From an uncultured Methanoregulaceae archaeon (GTDB lineage Archaea > Halobacteriota > Methanomicrobia > Methanomicrobiales > Methanospirillaceae), in contig CAVTTL010000001.1 of NCBI GenBank assembly GCA_963737635.1, positions 736,001-800,000 on the forward strand: a DNA stretch of 64,000 nucleotides, read 5' to 3'. The notes beneath the pieces were generated by a model. It was not told where the DNA came from and made no database searches. It saw only the letters and a list, made by a program, of their open reading frames with translations. This document shows positions 1-11,320 of this stretch, piece after piece (within the stretch, counting starts at the first letter, position 1; every line of letters starts with the position of its first letter). The position numbers and the translations under genes are program-made.

Positions 1-1201
1 CTGTGCCCTCAATGATCTCGCCCGCCTCGTCAGTACCGCACGCAGGTTCTACGAGCTCGGGATAACCGATGCCGTTCCGGCACTCCGGTTTTCAAAGGTA
101 ATGGACGAAACACTTGTTATCCAGCAGAAGATAGCGGGGATTCTTGATGAAGAGACCAGAAACGCCGGAGTGGACATCGTCTACGGAAAGCCGGGGCGAA
201 TGGAGGGGGCACAGGTCTTTATCGGTGATGATCCGGTCGAGGCTGAGGCCACGATCATCGCTACCGGTTCCCGCCCATTCGTTCCTGATATTCCCGGGAT
301 AACTCTTCCCGGCGTCTGGACTCCACACACACTCTGGGATCTCCGCGAGCTCCCACAAAGGTTTGCCATCATCGGAGGTGGGGTGATGGCGGCGGAGTTC
401 GCATATATTTTTCATTCGTTCGGGTGCGAGGTTACAGTGCTTTCCCGTAGCGGTTTTCTGAAAAACCTCGATCGGCACCTCAGTACCATCGCCCTCAAAG
501 AGTTGGCAGGTGTAACCATCCGGGAAGGAGCGGAAGCGACCGGTATCACCGGGACAGATCGAGCCACCGGCGTCCGGTACAGGACAGCGGAAACGCATGC
601 TGAAATCCCGGCAGATACCGTGCTGCTTGCTACCGGACTCGTCCCCAATGCCGGGATGGTGAGCGGTATCGAGAAAGGACCGGACGGCGAGATCATTGTT
701 GATGACCGAATGCAGACAAGCGCGCCAGGTGTCTACGCCTGCGGGGATGTGGCAGGTTTGCCATTCCTGACACCGGTCGCCCGCCACGAAGGGATTGTCG
801 CGGCCGATAATATCCTCGGAAAAGAACGGCACATGGATTATTCCCGCATCCCCCAGGCGATCTACCTCGCCCATGAGCTCGCCTTCTGTGGATGCGGAAG
901 TGAGGGGTGTGCATCGCTTGCCCTACCCGGGCCAGCCGGGCCGGGAACATACTGGTCGGTTCCGTATGGTGACACCGGGCTTGCAAAGATCTCCGCTGAC
1001 CCGGCATCGGGTGAGATCACCGGGATGTGTGCTGCGGGGCCGGCTGGAGGGGTCATCACCGGGTATCTTGCCTTTCTCATGCAACAGCATATCTCCGTGG
1101 ATGATTTCGAGGATTTCATCGAAGTCCACCCATCAACGGATGGGATATATGGGCTCGCGAAGTACGCAGCAGAGCTGTTCAGGAAACATAATCCCCAGTA
1201 G
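1..1201 (+). CDS. FAD-dependent pyridine nucleotide-disulfide oxidoreductase (dihydrolipoamide dehydrogenase-like), 5' end outside window
   Basis: Frame open from base 2 (CALNDLARL...); motifs IIATGSRP, IIGGGVMAAEFA, GVYACGDV and C-terminal EVHPS. Confidence 0.85.
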   Translation, partial: CALNDLARLVSTARRFYELGITDAVPALRFSKVMDETLVIQQKIAGILDEETRNAGVDIVYGKPGRMEGAQVFIGDDPVEAEATIIATGSRPFVPDIPGITLPGVWTPHTLWDLRELPQRFAIIGGGVMAAEFAYIFHSFGCEVTVLSRSGFLKNLDRHLSTIALKELAGVTIREGAEATGITGTDRATGVRYRTAETHAEIPADTVLLATGLVPNAGMVSGIEKGPDGEIIVDDRMQTSAPGVYACGDVAGLPFLTPVARHEGIVAADNILGKERHMDYSRIPQAIYLAHELAFCGCGSEGCASLALPGPAGPGTYWSVPYGDTGLAKISADPASGEITGMCAAGPAGGVITGYLAFLMQQHISVDDFEDFIEVHPSTDGIYGLAKYAAELFRKHNPQ

Positions 1202-1363
1202 AAAGGAATCCTCTTACATCCCGATCCAGAGAGATTTTCTAGGCCAGAGAAGGAAACGTATCTGTCGCACTTTTTGCCGTGGGTGAACGTCTCTGGTAGT
1301 ATTATTACACTAGACATCGAAGATATGAGGTGCAGTTTAGCCACTTGCCCCGGAGTATCTTGA

Positions 1364-2908
1364 ATGACCGACCTCTCTGAAACTCTTGCATTCGACCAGA
1401 CCCGGCTCGATAAAGTACGTGCATTACGGGACAGAGGTGTCGACCTCTATCCCCCTACCTTCGACCGGAAAAATACGATAGCAGAGATCAGAGAGAGGTT
1501 TGCTGATGTTACCCACGAGAAAAGCGATGATCTCGTCTCAACGGCGGGGCGTCTGTATATTGTCCGCAACCATGGAAAGACCATCTTTGCCGACCTCGGG
1601 GATGAAAGTGGCAAGATCCAGTTCTATATCCGAAAGGCGGATATCGGTGACGAAGCGTTCGATTTTTTTAACCAGTTCATCGAGCGTGGTGACTTTGTCG
1701 GTGTAACCGGCCATGTTTTCCGAACGAAGCTTGGGGAGATTACGATCTGGGTTGACAAAATCGTGCTCCTCTCGAAAGCGGTCTGTCCGCTGCCGGAGAA
1801 ATTCCATGGGCTTACTGACGTAGAAAAACGTTACCGCCAGCGGTATGTTGATCTCATAGTAAACGAGGAAGTCCGCCAGGGATTCAGGAACCGGAGCCGG
1901 ATCCTTTCTTCCATCCGGAAATATCTCGCCGAGCGTGATTTTCTTGAGTTTGAGACACCGATTCTCCAACCGGTGTATGGGGGGGCAAACGCCCGTCCAT
2001 TTACAACTTTCCATAACTGTTTAGGGCAGAAGCTTTTCCTGCGGATTGCTCCCGAACTCTATCTTAAGCGCCTCGTAGTTGGGGGGTTCGAACGGGTCTT
2101 TGAGATCGCCCGTAACTTCAGGAACGAGGACATCGACACCCATCACAACCCCGAGTTTACGATGGTTGAGATCTACTGGGCGTATCACGATGTCTACGAC
2201 ATGATGGACCTTACCGAGGACTTCCTTGCAACTCTCATGCAGGAAGTCCACGGCACGCAGGAAATTGTGTTTGAAGGTACCACGATCTCGTTTACCAAGC
2301 CGCTCCGCAGGCTTTCGATGGCTGATTCAGTAAAGGAATACGCGGGGATCGATATTTTTGCACATTCTGTCGATGACCTTCGGGCGCTTGCCCAGAAGAA
2401 CCGGCTCAAGGAAGCAGAAAAACCGCAGACGCAACGGGAGTTCCTTGTGTACTTCTTTGAGAACATGGTTGAGGAAAAACTGATCCAACCGACGTTTATT
2501 TTCGACTTCCCCATCGAGAACTCGCCACTTGCAAAGCGCCACCGGGAGAAGGAGGGTTTCACTGAGCGTTTCGAGCTCTTCATCTACGGTATGGAGATCG
2601 CAAACGGTTTCTCAGAGCTTAACGATCCAATTGACCAGAAGGAGCGGTTTGAGGCGCAGGATAAAAAACGGCAGCTCGGCGATCTCGAGGCCCAGATGAT
2701 CGATTATGATTACGTTAACGCACTCGGCTACGGAATGCCACCGACCGGGGGAGTAGGCATCGGGATCGACCGGCTCGTGATGCTGCTCACCGGCAACAAC
2801 TCGATTAAGGAAGTGATCCTTTTCCCGTCAATGAAGAGCACCCAAGCGGAAGAAGAAGAATCGGGTGATAATGGAATACCGGGATCAAAGAACACTGTGG
2901 AAAAATAA
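1364..2908 (+). CDS. lysS: Lysine--tRNA ligase, class II
   Basis: N-terminal OB fold; KRYRQRYVDL, GGANARPF, LRIAPELYLKRL, FRNEDID, YGMPPTGGVGIGIDRL. Confidence 0.97.
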   Translation: MTDLSETLAFDQTRLDKVRALRDRGVDLYPPTFDRKNTIAEIRERFADVTHEKSDDLVSTAGRLYIVRNHGKTIFADLGDESGKIQFYIRKADIGDEAFDFFNQFIERGDFVGVTGHVFRTKLGEITIWVDKIVLLSKAVCPLPEKFHGLTDVEKRYRQRYVDLIVNEEVRQGFRNRSRILSSIRKYLAERDFLEFETPILQPVYGGANARPFTTFHNCLGQKLFLRIAPELYLKRLVVGGFERVFEIARNFRNEDIDTHHNPEFTMVEIYWAYHDVYDMMDLTEDFLATLMQEVHGTQEIVFEGTTISFTKPLRRLSMADSVKEYAGIDIFAHSVDDLRALAQKNRLKEAEKPQTQREFLVYFFENMVEEKLIQPTFIFDFPIENSPLAKRHREKEGFTERFELFIYGMEIANGFSELNDPIDQKERFEAQDKKRQLGDLEAQMIDYDYVNALGYGMPPTGGVGIGIDRLVMLLTGNNSIKEVILFPSMKSTQAEEEESGDNGIPGSKNTVEK

Positions 2909-3086
2909 CTCTAATCTGGTACTAGAGAAGGCCATTGTTCCCCGCGTCATTTTTTATTGCCCAATAACGTGGGATTATCTCACTCTTGAATTCAGAGCTT
3001 CACCGAGGATAGGCACCTGTATTACTCGTTCTAAGCGTCAAATAATCCACAATCCATATCCATCTGCAACCCCAATCCTTTTTCTG

Positions 3087-3676
3087 ATGCCCCTGATCGA
3101 AAAATCCCACAACCACCATCATGAGGTTTTCTCCGTAGATCGCGCAAGGCACCTTGACACCCGGCTCCGGAGCTTCCTTTACCGGCGGACCGGCTCGCTG
3201 AAAAACACGTGAGGCCCGGCAACCGGGTCCTCGACTTTGGTTGCGGTCCGGGGTTCTTCACCCGGGAGTTCGCATGTCGCGTAGGAGAGAGTGGTCACGT
3301 AATCGCAGTGGATGTACAGGATGGAATGCTCAAATTGTTGCGAGAGAAACTGGAACCCGAGGGTCTCATGCCCCGGGTTACCACGCACCAATGCGCCCCG
3401 GATGCGCTCAGCCTTGATCCGGCCAAAGATGGGAAGATCGATATCGCATTCACCATCTTTGTCGTCCACGAAGTCCCAGATGCACAAAAGCTGTTCCGCG
3501 AAATCGCAGCACTGCTTGTTCCTGGGGGTGAACTTTTCCTTGCCGAACCTCGTTTCGTTGTTTCGGCAGATGAGTTTAAGACAACCCTTTCAAAGGCTGC
3601 AAAGGAGGGTTTCTTGCAGAATGGAACACCTTCGTTTTTTATGAGCCGGACTGCGTTACTCCGGAAAGTTTCGTGA
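3087..3676 (+). CDS. Class I SAM-dependent methyltransferase, split by a 1-nt deletion near 3185 (probable sequencing error)
   Basis: VLDFGCGPG motif I and AVDVQ; restoring one C gives continuous ...FLYRPDRLAEKHVRPGNRVLD... from ATG 3087. Confidence 0.8.
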
Positions 3677-3806
3677 GGGGGTGAGACACTCCATAATCGC
3701 ATAAGAGGTGACATTCTTCAGGTTCCGGACTGCACACTCAAAGGTGATTAACCCGGCTTTAACAAAGAAATTCGGGCCGGAAAGCCGGCCGCGATGATAA
3801 TTCACT

Positions 3807-4311
3807 CTAGCTGATCAAGTAAGCGATAATCACGCCGGCAATAGCAGCAGCAGCGGGGATGATTTGTGCGCCGGCGGTTCTTCATCGGAGCGATTACGTC
3901 TTCCAATTTGCGGATGGCAAGCGGGTCTGCTTTCACATCATCCCGGATAGCATCGAGGCTCTTCCGCTCAGGCCCGTGTCTTTAAGCTGGTTCATGAGCC
4001 CGTTGATTGCACCTTCAGGATCCTTCGTGATCTCTTTTTCCCGCAGGATCTCTTCTACCATCGCCTCATCCTTTTCGGACTCGATGTCGAGATACAACCC
4101 CGCCATCATAGAGACTGAGGCGGCTATCGCGCCCGTAGCTCTCCGCAAGAAAAACCGCATCTGCCGATTGTGCACCTGCAGCGACTCCGAGCACCAACCC
4201 GAAGATCGAAACGGCTCCATCTTCCATGCCAAAAACGATATCTCCTGCCGAAGAAATCAGCGACTCTTTGATCCGGAAAAGAACCGATCCTTTGTTAGCC
4301 TGATCTGTCAA
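3807..4311 (-). pseudogene. VIT1/CCC1 family Fe/Mn transporter, disrupted and internally deleted
   Basis: DIVFGMEDGAVS, (AG)ATGAIAASVSMMAGLYL; several frameshifts; the cytosolic region joins directly to the last helix AAAIAGVIIAYLIS*, so the middle TM helices are missing. Confidence 0.75.
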
Positions 4312-4437
4312 TAGAAAAATTCACACACCCTGCACTTATTCAGAAGTGTAAAGGTGAGAATTCCGGGGATAAAAAAGGAGGGGATATAAAACGGGAGTTA
4401 TATCCGGTGCCCGGTCTTATCTCGCCAGCTGGATAGA

Positions 4438-4917
4438 TTATTTATGATAAGGTTCACCGCTATTGATCCTGCAGGCCCGGTAAAGTTGTTCAAGAAGGAT
4501 CAGCCGAACCATCTGGTGCGTGAATGTCATGGGGGAGAGCGAAAGTCGCAGTGCAGCCCGGGTAAGCACTGCATCAGAAAGACCCAGATCTCCCCCGATG
4601 ATCACGACGATTGAACTCATTCCCGTAAGCTGCCAGTCGCGCATCCGGGCGGCAAGCATCTCGCTTGTCATCCCGGTTCCCCGGGCATCAAGTGCCACGA
4701 CGTACGCCCTTTCTGGGATCGCAGCGAGGATCCGGTCGCCTTCGCCATCTTTAATAATCTGTCCCTTACTGCCTGACAAATGTACGCCCCGTTTCTCTTC
4801 GGCGATTTCGACTATGGATAGTTTCAGGTACGGCGTAAGACGCTTCTCGTACTCGGCAATACCGTCAGAAAGGAACCGCTCCTTGATCTTTCCCACAGCG
4901 ATAATGCGTACCTGCAT
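4438..4917 (-). CDS. rlmH: 23S rRNA (pseudouridine1915-N3)-methyltransferase RlmH (SPOUT)
   Basis: MQVRIIAVGKIKE, IIGGDLGL, LSLSPMTFTHQMVRLILLEQLYRA, GEPYHK. Confidence 0.95.
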   Translation of the reverse strand: MQVRIIAVGKIKERFLSDGIAEYEKRLTPYLKLSIVEIAEEKRGVHLSGSKGQIIKDGEGDRILAAIPERAYVVALDARGTGMTSEMLAARMRDWQLTGMSSIVVIIGGDLGLSDAVLTRAALRLSLSPMTFTHQMVRLILLEQLYRACRINSGEPYHK

Positions 4918-4998
4918 AAAGGATCTTTCTACAAAACAGGGGGTCAAGGTACCGGACGCAGGGCTCGTGGACAATACGGGGATTGACAGATATATTAC

Positions 4999-5244
4999 TT
5001 AAGAATTACCTTTGCGTTCTTTCGGATCGATTTTTTGGGTCGAAAGTACATCCACCAGTACTTCCTTCATCATATTTTTCATGAGTTCCCGGCCTTCTTC
5101 TGATGTCATGTAATCCTTAAGCAGTTCCTTGAACTGCCCCATATCGTGGTGATTATCGACGAAAGATAATAAAGACTTGCGTGATGCAATCCGAGACCGT
5201 AGAGAACTTCTTTTCCTCATAAACGAGTTTATTGACCTTATCAT
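4999..5244 (-). CDS. Small hypothetical protein
   Basis: 81-aa ORF, charged and helical, no recognisable motif. Confidence 0.5.
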   Translation of the reverse strand: MIRSINSFMRKRSSLRSRIASRKSLLSFVDNHHDMGQFKELLKDYMTSEEGRELMKNMMKEVLVDVLSTQKIDPKERKGNS

Positions 5245-5461
5245 AGATGTTCGGCGGCATTTTATAGGAGATTGCCACCCGTTCGCCCCGGCTTGCCGGT
5301 ACTTTCTCCACCATTCTCTATTGAATGGGCCAGAATACTATAAATAGCCTGTTAAAAGCCATTTTTGTAATACCAACTCGCGGATTTGATTTCTTATGTA
5401 ATACTTATGGAATACTTTTTATAGCGCGGCCGGTAATAGGACACTATAACGAGGTGCATTC

Positions 5462-5953
5462 GTGGACGAAATTCTCCTTTTTATGGTTGGGATTGCCGGG
5501 GTGTTCTCCGTACCCTGTAGCGGAGCACTACTCGCCCTAGGAAAGATGATCGACTGTTATCCTACAGAGTATGAAGAGAACCGGATTCGCAGCCTTTCAA
5601 GCCCCATAGAATCCACCCGTCTTGCAGTGATGGTATTCTGGGTTCTTTTCCTCTCCGGGACCGGCGCCATCCTGCAGCAGGACCGGTTACTGATGATCGC
5701 GGGTATCACAATGCTCTTTGCAGCATGCCTGTTCCTCTTCACCGCACTTGCCTTCTCTTTTGCCGTACTTTGTGCCCTCAAACGGAGACAAGAGGCCATC
5801 CTCACTATCGAACGGGAAGTTGCACTAGAAAGTGCACGGGTTCAATTGGAAAAAACTACCGGTGTGAAAGTACCATCACCGGTGGTTCATAAGGCAAAGC
5901 CGGTTAGGCGTATTCCTTCCACCGCCATCGATACCCTACTCAGGCACTCCTGA
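5462..5953 (+). CDS. Hypothetical membrane protein
   Basis: GAGGTG RBS before GTG start; three hydrophobic segments. Confidence 0.65.
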   Translation: MDEILLFMVGIAGVFSVPCSGALLALGKMIDCYPTEYEENRIRSLSSPIESTRLAVMVFWVLFLSGTGAILQQDRLLMIAGITMLFAACLFLFTALAFSFAVLCALKRRQEAILTIEREVALESARVQLEKTTGVKVPSPVVHKAKPVRRIPSTAIDTLLRHS

Positions 5954-6001
5954 ACTTTTTTGAAAACATATTGTGCAGGAATCGGACTAAAAAGGGAGCG
6001 G

Positions 6002-7216
6002 TCATCCGAAGATCTGGTAGGACTCTTCGAGTGCCTCAACGGCCGGCAGCTTTTTCCCGGTCAAAAACTCGATACAGGCACCACCGCCCGTGGAAATATG
6101 GGTGAAGTCGTTTTCTATCCCGAGTTTTTCGATCACTGCCGCAGTGTGCCCGCCGCCCACTACCGAGAATTCAACCTTTGACGCAGCCCTGAGCAGCTCG
6201 AACGTACCAGTGGCAAAATCCGGATCTTCGAAGACACCCGCAGGACCGTTGAAAACTACCGTCCCGGACTTTTTAAAGGTCCCTACAAGTGCTGCAAGAG
6301 AATCCATGCCGAGATCCATGACCGGTGCTTCAGCCGGGATCCTATCAATGGGGTACTCGGTACGCCTGCCGTTCTGCCGTACCGCAACAGATGACGGCAT
6401 GATCACCCGTTCACCAAACTTTGCAAGGATGTCCTGTGCCTTTTTGATCTCCTCTTGGTACTTGAGCTGCTCAATGAGCTGAGTGGAGGGTTTGCCAATA
6501 TCGTACCCGGCAGCGAGATAGAAGACATTTGCTACGACGCCGATCACGATTACGGTGTCAGCGATTCCGTTTTCGAGAACATGGGCTGCAACTTCGATCG
6601 AGTCATCAACCTTGGTACCACCAAGCACCATACAGACCGGGCGGGGAGCTCCTGTAAAAACTTTCGAGAGGGTCGCGACTTCTTTTTCCATCAGAAGACC
6701 TGCCGCCGATTTCATCGCGAGCGGAAGACCTACGACAGTTGGCTGGGACCGGTGGGCAGTCCCAAATGCATCGTTGACAAAAAAGTCCGCCATGGACGAG
6801 AGCTTTTTTACGAGATGGGTCTTTTTTGCCTCGGCTGACTTAAGGGTTAAATTTTCTTCTGCAGCAAACCGCACGTTTTCCAGCATCAGTATATCACCAG
6901 GCTTTGCGGCTTGGATGGCATCCTTTGCATGGCGCCCGAAAATACTGTCGACGTAGGTGACCGGGGTGCCAAGGAGATCTTCGAGTTTTCCGGCATGGGC
7001 TTCGAGTGTAGTAAAATCCTTTTTTCCAGGCCGGCTCTGGTGTGTGACGATCACAACACGACTGGACGAAAGAGCACGCACCGTAGGCAGATGTTCGCGA
7101 AATCGTTTATCGTCAAGAATGAGATGAGAATTGGGATCGATTGGGGAGTTTAGGTCAAGACGGAGAAGTACCGTCTTTCCGCTATACCCCAGATCCCTGA
7201 GGGCACCTATCGGCAT
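6002..7216 (-). CDS. pgk: Phosphoglycerate kinase
   Basis: LRLDLNSP, HQSRPG, LENVRF, NDAFGTAHR, GGGHT, HISTGGGA. Confidence 0.97.
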   Translation of the reverse strand: MPIGALRDLGYSGKTVLLRLDLNSPIDPNSHLILDDKRFREHLPTVRALSSSRVVIVTHQSRPGKKDFTTLEAHAGKLEDLLGTPVTYVDSIFGRHAKDAIQAAKPGDILMLENVRFAAEENLTLKSAEAKKTHLVKKLSSMADFFVNDAFGTAHRSQPTVVGLPLAMKSAAGLLMEKEVATLSKVFTGAPRPVCMVLGGTKVDDSIEVAAHVLENGIADTVIVIGVVANVFYLAAGYDIGKPSTQLIEQLKYQEEIKKAQDILAKFGERVIMPSSVAVRQNGRRTEYPIDRIPAEAPVMDLGMDSLAALVGTFKKSGTVVFNGPAGVFEDPDFATGTFELLRAASKVEFSVVGGGHTAAVIEKLGIENDFTHISTGGGACIEFLTGKKLPAVEALEESYQIFG

Positions 7217-7234
7217 GCTGCCACACTCCCGGGG

Positions 7235-7864
7235 TTATGCCGAACCCCGGGCCTTGATCTTCTTCATCCTGAAAAGTTCCTCACGTTCCATCTCGTCAAG
7301 ACGCATCTTGATGAAATCCCGGGCTGCAGTAAGCTCAGGGATAACCTTGAACTCAAGAGCGTTAACCCGGCGCTTAGTCTTTTCAATCTCGTCAAGGAGA
7401 CGTTTCATCGTGGTCTCAATCTCGGCACTTTCGATGATAGCTTCCACCAGGTCCTCGAACGCCGATGCTGTTTCGTCGATCACCGGTGAGGTGCCAAGTA
7501 CACCATATCCCCGTTGGGTAAGGGTTTTTTTCACTTTTGAGGATTCTATTTCCGGTACAACCACACCCATGATATTCTTGCTTTTTAGCGTGATCACCGG
7601 TACCTCTTTTACTGAAAATGCTGCGGCCTTGACACCGATCGCTCCTTCGACAGTATTTGCAACTGCCATCATATCAACGGCTTGCTTGTACTTTCTGAGA
7701 AGCTCTCCGCGGCTGTCCTTTGCCTCGGAAAGAATCTTGAAAAATTCTAAGATAAGTCCATCGCGCTTCATCTTGAGGATCTTATAACCGCGTTCGGAGA
7801 GCTGGATCTTCCTTTTGAGATTGATCAGTTCGGAACGGGTCGGCTTGATATCGCGCAGCGCCAT
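7235..7864 (-). CDS. atpD: A-type ATP synthase subunit D
   Basis: KPTRSELI, NIMGVVVP, IEKTKRRVNALEFKVIP. Confidence 0.95.
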   Translation of the reverse strand: MALRDIKPTRSELINLKRKIQLSERGYKILKMKRDGLILEFFKILSEAKDSRGELLRKYKQAVDMMAVANTVEGAIGVKAAAFSVKEVPVITLKSKNIMGVVVPEIESSKVKKTLTQRGYGVLGTSPVIDETASAFEDLVEAIIESAEIETTMKRLLDEIEKTKRRVNALEFKVIPELTAARDFIKMRLDEMEREELFRMKKIKARGSA

Positions 7865-7874
7865 GGGATCCTCC

Positions 7875-9263
7875 TTACTCCTTCTTTGCACCGGCCTTGA
7901 ACTTGGGGTGGTACTTGTTTATGAGGTCACGATCAATACGGGTGAGCTGTTCCACCGGCAGTGTCGAGAGAAGGTCCCAGCCAAGGTTTAAGGTGTCCTC
8001 AATGGTACGATCCTCATCGTAACCCTGTCGGACGAAACGGTTCTCGAACATATCGGCGAATTCAAGGAGCAGGCGATCGCGCTCGGAAAGCGCGTCCTTA
8101 CCGACAATAGCTACGAGACCGCGGAGATCGTTTCCTTCCGCATAACCGGCGTACATCTGGTCGGAGACCTTCTTGTGATCCTCACGGGTGTGCCCCTTAC
8201 CTATACCGAGGTTCATCAGCCGCGAAAGTGATGGGAGAACGTTGATGGGCGGGTAAATGCCTTTCCGGTGCAGCTCACGGTTGACCACGATCTGTCCTTC
8301 CGTAATATATCCGGTCAGGTCGGGGATTGGATGGGTGATATCATCACCGGGCATCGTCAGGATCGGGATCTGGGTGACTGAGCCTTTCAGGCCCTTGATC
8401 ATGCCAGCTCGTTCGTAGATGTTGGCGAGATCCGTGTACATATACCCGGGATAGCCACGCCTGCCGGGCACTTCTTCACGTGCAGCACCGATCTGGCGCA
8501 GCGCTTCACAGTAGTTGGTCATATCCGTCAGGATGACAAGCACATGCATACCCAATTCGAAAGCGAGGTATTCAGCAGTTGTCAGAGCGAGCCGCGGGGT
8601 GATGATACGCTCAACAGCCGGGTCATCTGCAAGGTTGAGGAAGACGACGGCGCGTTCGAGAGCTCCTGTGCGCTCGAAGTCCTGCATGAAGTAGTTCGCT
8701 TCTTCTTTGGTGATGCCCATCGCAGCAAACACTACGGCAAAGATCTCAGTAGAGCCAGGCACTTTTGCCTGCCGGGCGATCTGCAGCGCTACGTTGTTGT
8801 GCGGAAGACCTGCACCCGAGAAGATTGGGAGTTTCTGGCCACGGACAAGGGTGTTGGTCCCATCGATCGTCGAGATACCGGTCTGGATGAAATCGGCCGG
8901 CATGCCCCGGGCGTACGGGTTGATTGCGGCACCAGTAATATCGAGGCGTTTTTCCGGGACAATCTCCGGGCCGCCGTCGATTGGTTTGCCACCGCCGGAA
9001 AGGATACGCCCAAGCATCTCACGGCCAACCGGCATCTTGATGGTTTCACCGGTGAACCGGACGCCACTGTCCCTCCCGATACCGGTTGTGGTCTCGAAGA
9101 TCTGGACAACGACAAGTTCGTCACTCGTATCAAGAACCTGACCACGCTTCGTGGTGCCGTCAAAAAGGACTATATTGACGAGTTCCCCGTAGGCGATAGG
9201 CTCGGTCTTCTCGACGAAAACGAGAGGACCGGGAATTTTTGTGATCGTCCTGTATTCCTTCAT
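7875..9263 (-). CDS. atpB: A-type ATP synthase subunit B
   Basis: [47 protein letters not shown]. Confidence 0.97.
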   Translation of the reverse strand: MKEYRTITKIPGPLVFVEKTEPIAYGELVNIVLFDGTTKRGQVLDTSDELVVVQIFETTTGIGRDSGVRFTGETIKMPVGREMLGRILSGGGKPIDGGPEIVPEKRLDITGAAINPYARGMPADFIQTGISTIDGTNTLVRGQKLPIFSGAGLPHNNVALQIARQAKVPGSTEIFAVVFAAMGITKEEANYFMQDFERTGALERAVVFLNLADDPAVERIITPRLALTTAEYLAFELGMHVLVILTDMTNYCEALRQIGAAREEVPGRRGYPGYMYTDLANIYERAGMIKGLKGSVTQIPILTMPGDDITHPIPDLTGYITEGQIVVNRELHRKGIYPPINVLPSLSRLMNLGIGKGHTREDHKKVSDQMYAGYAEGNDLRGLVAIVGKDALSERDRLLLEFADMFENRFVRQGYDEDRTIEDTLNLGWDLLSTLPVEQLTRIDRDLINKYHPKFKAGAKKE

Positions 9264-11026
9264 GCTGCCGACCTCAGTGTGTTGAACTCAGCGTCCATAT
9301 CCTTCTCGATCTTCGTAAGAGGCTCCTTGTAGTCCTTGATGAACTTGATCTGGGGCAGCTCGTTTTTCGACTTGATACCGTTGATCTGCACCGGACTGAC
9401 TCCGGAAAGCTGGGCAGAATACGCAAGGTCGGCGAAGAGCTTGATCGCCTTCATCATATCGTACTGTTTTTTCATGTCACAGAAAGTGTCCACTGCATCG
9501 TATGCGTTCTGCTGAAGGAAGATCTCTCGGATCATCCGGGCAACCTCAATAGTCACCTGTTCCGATTCGGGCAGGGCATCGGAACCAACCAGCTGCACGA
9601 TCTCCTGCAGTTCTGCCTCTTTTTGGAGGATCTCCATTGCCCATGATCGGATCTTGTTCCAGTCGGGAGAAACTTCCTTGTCGTAATAATCGTGGAGGGC
9701 TTCCAGGTACAGGGAGTACGAGTTGAGCCAGTTGATTGCCGGGAAGTGCCGACGCTGGGAGAGCTTCGCATCGAGAGCCCAGAAGACTTTCACGATACGC
9801 AGCGTGTTCTGCGTGACCGGCTCGGAGAAATCACCACCGGGAGGTGAAACGGCCCCGATAACTGAAACCGACCCGGATTTACCATTCAGGGTCTGGACAA
9901 GCCCGGCACGTTCATAGAACTCGGAGAGCCGGGCTGCGAGGTACGCCGGGTATCCTTCTTCACCGGGCATCTCCTCGAGACGGCTGGAGATCTCACGCAT
10001 CGCTTCTGCCCAACGTGAGGTCGAGTCTGCCATAAGGGAGACGTCATATCCCATATCACGGAAGTACTCTGCGATAGTAATACCGGTGTACACTGACGCC
10101 TCACGGGCCGCCACCGGCATATTCGAAGTATTCGCGATGAGTACGGTACGCTCCATGAGGGGTTTGCCGGATTTCGGGTCCTCAAGGTGCGGGAACTCGG
10201 TGAGCACTTCGGTCATTTCGTTGCCGCGTTCACCGCAACCGATATAGACTACAATCTCAGCATCTGACCACTTGGCCAGCTGTTGCTGGGTGACTGTTTT
10301 GCCGCTTCCGAACGGGCCGGGAATTGCAGCAGTCCCACCTTTTGCGATCGGGAAAAGACCGTCAAGAATCCGCTGACCTGTTATCAGAGGGATCGTCGGG
10401 TTCTTCTTCTCCTTAACGGGGCGGGGGACACGAACCGGCCAGCGTTGCATCATCGGGTACTCGCGGCCGTCCTCAAGAATACAGATGATCTCATCCACAG
10501 TGAATTCTCCGCTCTTGATCGTTTTGACGACCCCACCCTTCACATTCGGTGGAAGCATAACCCGGTGGACGATGTTGGTTTCCTGCACTTCGCCAAGGAT
10601 AGCGCCTGGTTCGACCTTGTCACCTGTTTTGACAATGGGCTTAAACGTCCACTTTTTCTCATGGGAAAGGCCGGGTGCGGTGACCCCGCGCTCGATGAAG
10701 TTTCCCATCTTTTCCACAAGGACGGAGAGTGGGCGCTGGATCCCATCATAGATACTGGTGAGGAGACCGGGGCCGAGCTCCACGGCAAGCGAGAGCCCTG
10801 TATTTATGACCGGCTCTCCGGGCCTAATCCCGGAAGTGTCTTCATACACCTGAATGATAACGTTATCGCCCTGGATTTTGATGACTTCGCCCATCAGCGC
10901 TTCTTTTCCGACCTTAACCACATCGTACATGTGGGCGTCAAGATTGACTGCCGTAACTACGGGGCCGGCTATTCTTTTGAGACTGCCCTGTTTTGCCACT
11001 TTGGTTTTTTCGGTTTTCATTTCCAC
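9260..11026 (-). CDS. atpA: A-type ATP synthase subunit A (no intein)
   Basis: Walker [31 protein letters not shown]. Confidence 0.97.
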   Translation of the reverse strand: MEMKTEKTKVAKQGSLKRIAGPVVTAVNLDAHMYDVVKVGKEALMGEVIKIQGDNVIIQVYEDTSGIRPGEPVINTGLSLAVELGPGLLTSIYDGIQRPLSVLVEKMGNFIERGVTAPGLSHEKKWTFKPIVKTGDKVEPGAILGEVQETNIVHRVMLPPNVKGGVVKTIKSGEFTVDEIICILEDGREYPMMQRWPVRVPRPVKEKKNPTIPLITGQRILDGLFPIAKGGTAAIPGPFGSGKTVTQQQLAKWSDAEIVVYIGCGERGNEMTEVLTEFPHLEDPKSGKPLMERTVLIANTSNMPVAAREASVYTGITIAEYFRDMGYDVSLMADSTSRWAEAMREISSRLEEMPGEEGYPAYLAARLSEFYERAGLVQTLNGKSGSVSVIGAVSPPGGDFSEPVTQNTLRIVKVFWALDAKLSQRRHFPAINWLNSYSLYLEALHDYYDKEVSPDWNKIRSWAMEILQKEAELQEIVQLVGSDALPESEQVTIEVARMIREIFLQQNAYDAVDTFCDMKKQYDMMKAIKLFADLAYSAQLSGVSPVQINGIKSKNELPQIKFIKDYKEPLTKIEKDMDAEFNTLRSAA

Positions 11027-11319
11027 AGATCAACACCCACCGATCTCTTGATTTTCTCTCTCATGGACAGGCCCCCTTCCTCGCCGCCGAGGGTAATTAC
11101 CGTCGGCTTAACTGAGTTCTCGAGCGTAGCGCGGAGCCGGCGCGGGAGCCGATCCATGTCGCTGCTGTTCAGGACCAGGATTCCTACCTGCCCGTCCGCA
11201 AGGACGCTGGTGATGCATTCATTAAGTTTCTCGTCGTTTTCCGCGGTATAGGTCTTACGGATGCCTACCAGGCAGAACCCGAGGATAAACTCACTATTGC
11301 CGATAACTGCGATCTCCAT
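11017..11319 (-). CDS. atpF: A-type ATP synthase subunit F
   Basis: MEIAVIG...[14 protein letters not shown]; operon position. Confidence 0.93.
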   Translation of the reverse strand: MEIAVIGNSEFILGFCLVGIRKTYTAENDEKLNECITSVLADGQVGILVLNSSDMDRLPRRLRATLENSVKPTVITLGGEEGGLSMREKIKRSVGVDLWK

Positions 11320-11320
11320 G

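Noticed and set aside
9260-11026. Intein in AtpA or LonB
   Set aside because: Both have normal length and uninterrupted motifs
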